Shown one piece after another: positions 56,901 to 64,000 of a stretch of 64,000 bases of DNA (its first letter is position 1; every line of letters begins with the position of its first letter). The notes beneath the pieces are model-generated. The model did no database searches. It was not told the DNA's origin and was given only the letters and a program-made list of their open reading frames with translations. Source of the stretch: Lysobacteraceae bacterium (GTDB lineage: Bacteria > Pseudomonadota > Gammaproteobacteria > Xanthomonadales > Xanthomonadaceae); NCBI GenBank assembly GCA_031374725.1, contig JANMGT010000021.1, positions 28,923-92,922 of the forward strand. The letters run 5' to 3'. Position numbers and translations under genes: made by a program.

Positions 56901-57132
56901 GCCGCATGCAGTTGACCGCATGAAGTAACTCGCCTCGGCGCCAAGCGCCGATGCAAACCTCGAAACGACTCGATACTGAACTCGCTCCACTTCGTGTGGG
57001 GCGAGTTTTTAGTGCGGCTCTACCGAAATGCTGCTGCGTATCGGATTCGCCGCTCATCAGCGAAACGTACTGCGCATGCTCGCTTCGCGCTGCGACCATC
57101 GTCCGCACGAATCGCTGATGCTGGCGATGCCG

Positions 57133-57166
57133 CAAAAAAACGAAGGCGACCAACGGCCGCCTTCGT
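57133..57166 (-). terminator. Rho-independent terminator after clpA
   Basis: Minus strand cgaaggcg stem / cgccttcg followed by a T run of 7-8. Confidence 0.8.
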
Positions 57167-57190
57167 GATCAGCACAATGGTGATAGTCGT

Positions 57191-59473
<2,283 letters not shown>

Positions 59474-59597
59474 GGGGCGCTGGCCTCCTGACGACTGCTC
59501 TGCAACGTGGGGGCTGCGCATGGAATTTCCATGCCTACCCGGATTGGCCTGTGCACGTAATACTGCGCACCGTCTTTTCCGTCCCGTGAGGGCTACG

Positions 59598-59924
59598 CTA
59601 CGCCTTTTCCATCGTGCAAAGCAAAGGGTGTTGGTTGAGGCGTGCGTATTCGTTCACTTGGGCAACTTTGGACTCAGCGATCTCGCGAGTAAAGACCCCG
59701 CAAACCCCGCGGCCTCGAGTATGTACATGAAGCATGACCTGCGTCGCCTTTTCGAGGTTCAAACTGAAGTGGCGCATCAGGACCTCCACCACAAAGTCCA
59801 TCGGGGTGTAGTCGTCGTTAAGAAGCATGACCGAGTACAGCGGCGGCCGTTGCAGCTCGGGCTTGCTGACCTCGAGGGCAACGCCGTGCCCGTGCTCGTT
59901 GGCGGAATCGTGTTTACCTGTCAT
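59598..59924 (-). CDS. clpS: Clp protease adaptor ClpS
   Basis: [38 protein letters not shown]; start placed at 59924. Confidence 0.96.
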   Translation of the reverse strand: MTGKHDSANEHGHGVALEVSKPELQRPPLYSVMLLNDDYTPMDFVVEVLMRHFSLNLEKATQVMLHVHTRGRGVCGVFTREIAESKVAQVNEYARLNQHPLLCTMEKA

Positions 59925-60258
59925 CGGCGAATTATAAAGCCGATTGACCCATCGAAGCATTCGGCCGCACCGATGTTTTGAACCGCTCGTATTGCGAGCC
60001 GTCGCCCGGATGACCGATCGGGCGACGGCTGACCCATCATTCTATCGGTCGGGCTTCGATGGCGGCGGCGCATGCGATGCGGATCTGCATCGCAAGAAGG
60101 CGCGCATGCGCATCCATTCGAGACGGTCATCCGGATACAAGCCGGCTGGGAGCACGGCGGAATCTGGATCAGAATTGAGAACATAATTCAGATCGGCATT
60201 GGACGGCATCCAGCCCCACGCTTCACAATGGTGCCCTAACTATCACTGGGAGTCCGGT

Positions 60259-60759
60259 ATGCACCGTCTGTACCTTCATGGTTTTTTACCGTGCTTGTTG
60301 CTTTGCTCGCTAGGATTGGTATCGGCATTGCCTGCGGCTGCGCAAGGCACTGGCGACGCATCGGTGAAAAGCAGGCTGGACGCCCGCGGGATGAAGTACG
60401 ACGTCGATGACGACGGCGATTTCAAAATCACTTACAACTACAAGAAGGAAAACCGGACTCAGTTGGTGTTCGTCTCTGGCGACACTGAGACGGTGGGCGG
60501 TTTCAAAATCCGAGAAGTGTTTTCGCCGGCAGCCCGGGTAGAAAAAGACAGCATCAACGGCAAGAAAGCGCTGGAACTTCTGGCCGAAAGTCGCGCGAAC
60601 AAGCTCGGCGGCTGGGAACTGGAAGGCGATGTGCTGTATTTCGTGGTCAAACTGCCCGACAGCATGGACGCATCGCAGCTCGAGTCGGCCATGGACATCG
60701 CCGCGCAAACTGCAGACGACATGGAATTGAAGATAAGCGGCGACCGCGACGATTTGTAA
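60259..60759 (+). CDS. Secreted protein, YbjN/T3SS-chaperone-like fold
   Basis: Signal peptide; YDVDDDGDFKI...RTQLVFV...ADDMELKISG. Confidence 0.6.
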   Translation: MHRLYLHGFLPCLLLCSLGLVSALPAAAQGTGDASVKSRLDARGMKYDVDDDGDFKITYNYKKENRTQLVFVSGDTETVGGFKIREVFSPAARVEKDSINGKKALELLAESRANKLGGWELEGDVLYFVVKLPDSMDASQLESAMDIAAQTADDMELKISGDRDDL

Positions 60760-60883
60760 GCGCGGCGTGTCACGACACAACCCCTCCCCATCGATCGGGT
60801 TTTGGCGCGCTTCGACCGGCCCGCTTCGACCAGCTCGTTCAGACGCCTACGTACGGCTAGGCGACAGGCGCACATCGCCATCC

Positions 60884-61384
60884 ATGACTATTGCAGGTAA
60901 TCGAGTGAGCTATCGCGAAGGCCGTTTTTGGCAACCCGACGTAACCGTGGCCACGGTTGTGGTAGATGGCGGCCGCGTGCTCTGCGTCGAGGAGCGGGTC
61001 GATGGCCGGCTAGTGCTCAATCAGCCCGCAGGACACCTGGAACCCGATGAGAGTCTCATCGAAGCCGCGATGCGCGAAACCCGCGAGGAGACAGGCTGGG
61101 ACGTGCGTCTTACCGCTTTCGTCGGCGCCTATCAGTGGAAAGCGCCGCTGAATCCGGATGGCAGCGGCGGCCGGCACTATCTGCGCTTCGCCTTCGCCGC
61201 CGAACCGGAGCGGCACGACCCTCAGCGCCAGCTCGACGACGGCATCGTGCAGGCGGTGTGGATGACGCCCGAAGAACTGCAAGACGCCCGCGAACGCCAT
61301 CGCAGTCCGCTGGTCTGGCAAGCGGTGGCCGACTATTTGGGTGGCCGGCGCTCGCCGCTGTCGCTGGTGCAGCATCTGGCGTGA
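60884..61384 (+). CDS. NUDIX hydrolase (NudJ-like)
   Basis: Nudix box GHLEPDESLIEAAMRETREETG; position upstream of mnmA. Confidence 0.9.
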   Translation: MTIAGNRVSYREGRFWQPDVTVATVVVDGGRVLCVEERVDGRLVLNQPAGHLEPDESLIEAAMRETREETGWDVRLTAFVGAYQWKAPLNPDGSGGRHYLRFAFAAEPERHDPQRQLDDGIVQAVWMTPEELQDARERHRSPLVWQAVADYLGGRRSPLSLVQHLA

Positions 61385-61451
61385 GGGTGCTGCCTGGAGG
61401 CGCTGCCGTGAACCATAAAAAAAGTATGTGCATACGATCAGGAACCGCACG

Positions 61452-62705
61452 ATGAGCGCGCCTCGCATCATCGTCGGCATGTCGGGCGGCGTGGACTCCT
61501 CCGTTGCTGCGCTATTGCTGCGCGACCAAGCGCTGGCCGACCCGAGCCGCAGCGTCGCCGGGTTGTTCATGCGCAATTGGGCCGATGACGGCAGCGGCGA
61601 CTGCCGCGCCGAAGACGACCGCCGCGATGCGGTCGCGGTGAGCGGACGCCTCGGCCTGCCGATCCACTTTCGCGATTTCTCGCAAGAATACTGGGGTGGG
61701 GTATTCGAGCACTTCCTCGCCGAATACGCCGCCGGGCGCACGCCCAACCCGGACGAGCTCTGCAACCGCGAGATCAAGTTCAAGCATTTTCTCGACGCCG
61801 CGCACGCGCTGGGCGCCGAGTTCATCGCCACCGGCCACTACGCCCGCGTTCGTCGTCTCGGCGATATGTATCAATTGCTGCGTGCGATCGATCGCAGCAA
61901 GGATCAGAGCTATTTCCTGCATCAATTAGGGCAGACGCAGCTCGCGGCGACACTGTTTCCGTTGGGCGATCTGATCAAGACCGATGTCCGCCGGATGGCT
62001 GCCGAAGCCGGGCTCCCGACTGCAGCGAAAAAAGATTCGACCGGCATTTGTTTCATCGGCGAGCGCGATTTCCGCGAGTTTCTGTCCCAGTATTTACCGG
62101 CCAAACCCGGCGCGATGGTGACGCCCGATGGTCGCCGCATCGGCACCCATCCGGGCGTGTTCTATTTCACCCTCGGTCAGCGCGAAGGCCTGCAGATCGG
62201 CGGTGTGCGCGGTTTCGCGGCGGCGCCGTGGTTCGTGGTCGGTAAAGACGTCCCGGGCAACCGGCTGATCGTCGATCAAGGCACCGACTCGCCATGGTTG
62301 CAATCACAGCGGCTGCGCACCGAAACCGCGCATTGGATCGCTGGCGCGCCGCCTGGGTCGCGTTTCGACTGCACAGCGCAAACCCGCTATCGTCAAGCCG
62401 ACGAAGATTGCGAGGTCATCGTGCGCGAAGACGGCAGCGTGGACGTGTGCTTCGCCCGCCCGCAGCGCGCCGTCACCCCAGGACAATCCCTGGTGCTGTA
62501 CCGTGATGAGGTCTGTCTCGGCGGCGCCGTCATCGCTGCCACCGACGCCGCGCTTGACCCCGGCCGCGATGTCTTCGTATCCGGCTCCACCGTGTCCGGC
62601 TCCACCGTGTCCGATTCCACCGTGTCCGATTCCACCGTGTCTGATTCCACCGTGTCCGATTCCAGCGTATCCAACCCCATGTTTTCGAGAACCGTTTCGC
62701 TATGA
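61452..62705 (+). CDS. mnmA: tRNA 2-thiouridylase MnmA with a repeat-extended C-terminus
   Basis: [50 protein letters not shown]. Confidence 0.96.
   Translation: MSAPRIIVGMSGGVDSSVAALLLRDQALADPSRSVAGLFMRNWADDGSGDCRAEDDRRDAVAVSGRLGLPIHFRDFSQEYWGGVFEHFLAEYAAGRTPNPDELCNREIKFKHFLDAAHALGAEFIATGHYARVRRLGDMYQLLRAIDRSKDQSYFLHQLGQTQLAATLFPLGDLIKTDVRRMAAEAGLPTAAKKDSTGICFIGERDFREFLSQYLPAKPGAMVTPDGRRIGTHPGVFYFTLGQREGLQIGGVRGFAAAPWFVVGKDVPGNRLIVDQGTDSPWLQSQRLRTETAHWIAGAPPGSRFDCTAQTRYRQADEDCEVIVREDGSVDVCFARPQRAVTPGQSLVLYRDEVCLGGAVIAATDAALDPGRDVFVSGSTVSGSTVSDSTVSDSTVSDSTVSDSSVSNPMFSRTVSL
62577..62672 (+). repeat. 15-bp in-frame tandem repeat x6.4 (VS[G/D]ST)
   Basis: gtgtccg[gc/at]tccacc units read directly from the sequence. 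Confidence 0.92.
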
Positions 62706-63313
62706 CCATGGATGTGCATTCCCGTGTCCTCGCCCTCGGCGGCATGCTGCAGTCGCTGAAAGTCGTGCGGCAGATCGCCGATACCGGCCATGCCGACGCC
62801 GCGCTGGAGCTGTGCGCGCTCGATAGCGTGTTCCGGCTCGACGCAGCGAACGCCGATGCGGTTTACGGCGGCGCCATTCGCGTTCGCCCCGGCCTTGTGC
62901 TGCTTCGCGACTATTTGACCAACAACAGCAGCGACCCGACGCTACCGAAGCTGGGCATGACCTTGCTGCAGATCGAACGCCGCTTCATTGCCGATCGCGA
63001 ATTGCCGGAGCAGATCCGTCGGGGCGTACTTGCCGTCGCCGATCAAGCCGAACGTCAAGGCAGCGCGCATCCGGAGGTGATCGCGCGCCTCGGCAAGCTC
63101 TATGCCGACAGCATCAGCCAACTGCGGCCGAAAATGATCGTGCAAGGCAACCCGCATTATCTACAGCAGGCCGACATCGTCGCCGAGATCCGCGCCCTGC
63201 TCCTCGCCGGACTGCGCTCGGCGGTGCTGTGGCGGCAAATGGGCGGCTCGATGTGGGATTTCGCGTTCAGTCGCCGGCAGATGGCGGCCGCGATCGACGC
63301 GCATCTGATGTGA
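62702..63313 (+). CDS. hflD: High-frequency lysogenization protein HflD
   Basis: Follows mnmA with an ATGA overlap; [20 protein letters not shown]. Confidence 0.93.
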   Translation: MTMDVHSRVLALGGMLQSLKVVRQIADTGHADAALELCALDSVFRLDAANADAVYGGAIRVRPGLVLLRDYLTNNSSDPTLPKLGMTLLQIERRFIADRELPEQIRRGVLAVADQAERQGSAHPEVIARLGKLYADSISQLRPKMIVQGNPHYLQQADIVAEIRALLLAGLRSAVLWRQMGGSMWDFAFSRRQMAAAIDAHLM

Positions 63314-63315
63314 CG

Positions 63316-64000
63316 CTACCAATCGGAACCGCCGCTGGATCCCGAGTCGAAGTCGCCCCCATCATAGGAACTGCTGCTGTTACTGCCGGAATCTCCACTG
63401 GAACTGCTGCAGAAATCACCGTTCACGGTCCGGCTGCTCACTTCGACATCGCGCCAATCGATCGATTCGAACGTGGTGTAAACCTTCTGTGTGCATGAGC
63501 TGGAGGTTTTTTTCTCGCTCATGCAATTGCCGACGGGCACTGCGATCTTTGATGCCAGGCGATGGGTTTTCGCCTGCTTGTCGTACACGTAGTAGTGGTC
63601 GAAGCAGGTCGCGCCTTCCGCGCTTATCCGTGTGTAGCTGTGATACGGTTGCCGGGCCTGCCAATGCGCCAAGCCGAAGCAGCTTCCGATGACTGCCGTG
63701 ATGGCCGCAAGCACCACGCCCAGGCACCCTCGCCCGATCTTTCCTCCGCCGTTCGGCTTCGCTACTGACTCCTCGGCGCACTTGGCTGGAGACGTGTACA
63801 ACCGCAGCATTTCCGCGACACCGCTCTTGAATCCGGCCACATAGTCGCCCGCCTTGAGTTTCGGCGCGATGATCTGGCTGGAAATGCGGTTAAGCTGCGT
63901 CGCATCAATCTTCGGCGCGACGCCGTTGCCGGCGACGATCTGGATGCGCCGTGGATTCAGCACCACCACGATGTACACGCCATTGTCGATGTCGTCGCGG
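63316..64000 (-). CDS. TPM-domain membrane protein (partial; 5' end outside the window)
   Basis: DNGVYIVVVLNPRRIQIVAGNGV, GDYVAGFKSGV, TM helix, Gly/Ser-rich tail ending GGSDW. Confidence 0.82.
   Translation of the reverse strand, partial: RDDIDNGVYIVVVLNPRRIQIVAGNGVAPKIDATQLNRISSQIIAPKLKAGDYVAGFKSGVAEMLRLYTSPAKCAEESVAKPNGGGKIGRGCLGVVLAAITAVIGSCFGLAHWQARQPYHSYTRISAEGATCFDHYYVYDKQAKTHRLASKIAVPVGNCMSEKKTSSSCTQKVYTTFESIDWRDVEVSSRTVNGDFCSSSSGDSGSNSSSSYDGGDFDSGSSGGSDW

Overview
This window has two parts. (1) Positions ~1.1-38.8 kb hold an apparently complete, minus-strand extracellular contractile injection system (eCIS, phage-tail-like) locus. Its order is: sigma-54 activator (bEBP); -24/-12 promoter; small leader gene; DUF4255/Pvc16-type terminator; AAA+ ATPase; one enlarged sheath; two gp19-like tubes; a gp26-like protein split from its DUF6760-like C-terminus by a T9 run; tube initiator; LysM; gp27-like hub; gp5/V spike ending in HxH; a Cys-capped Pro-rich repeat protein; gp25; two baseplate-J proteins; a P2-I-like tail protein; a DUF6519-like fibre; and two DUF4157 (eCIS core) candidate effectors. 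On the left it is bounded by a truncated IS66 and a metallophosphoesterase gene that the ORF track missed. (2) Positions ~39.2-64 kb are Xanthomonadales-like core genome (crcB-rarA-lolA-ftsK; rluF, trxB, GNATs, aat, infA; clpA-clpS; NUDIX-mnmA-hflD). An ABC exporter and an ECF sigma/anti-sigma/S8 protease module sit between ftsK and trxB. Family assignments come from motif recognition by eye; no database searches were run. No rRNA, tRNA or CRISPR array was seen.
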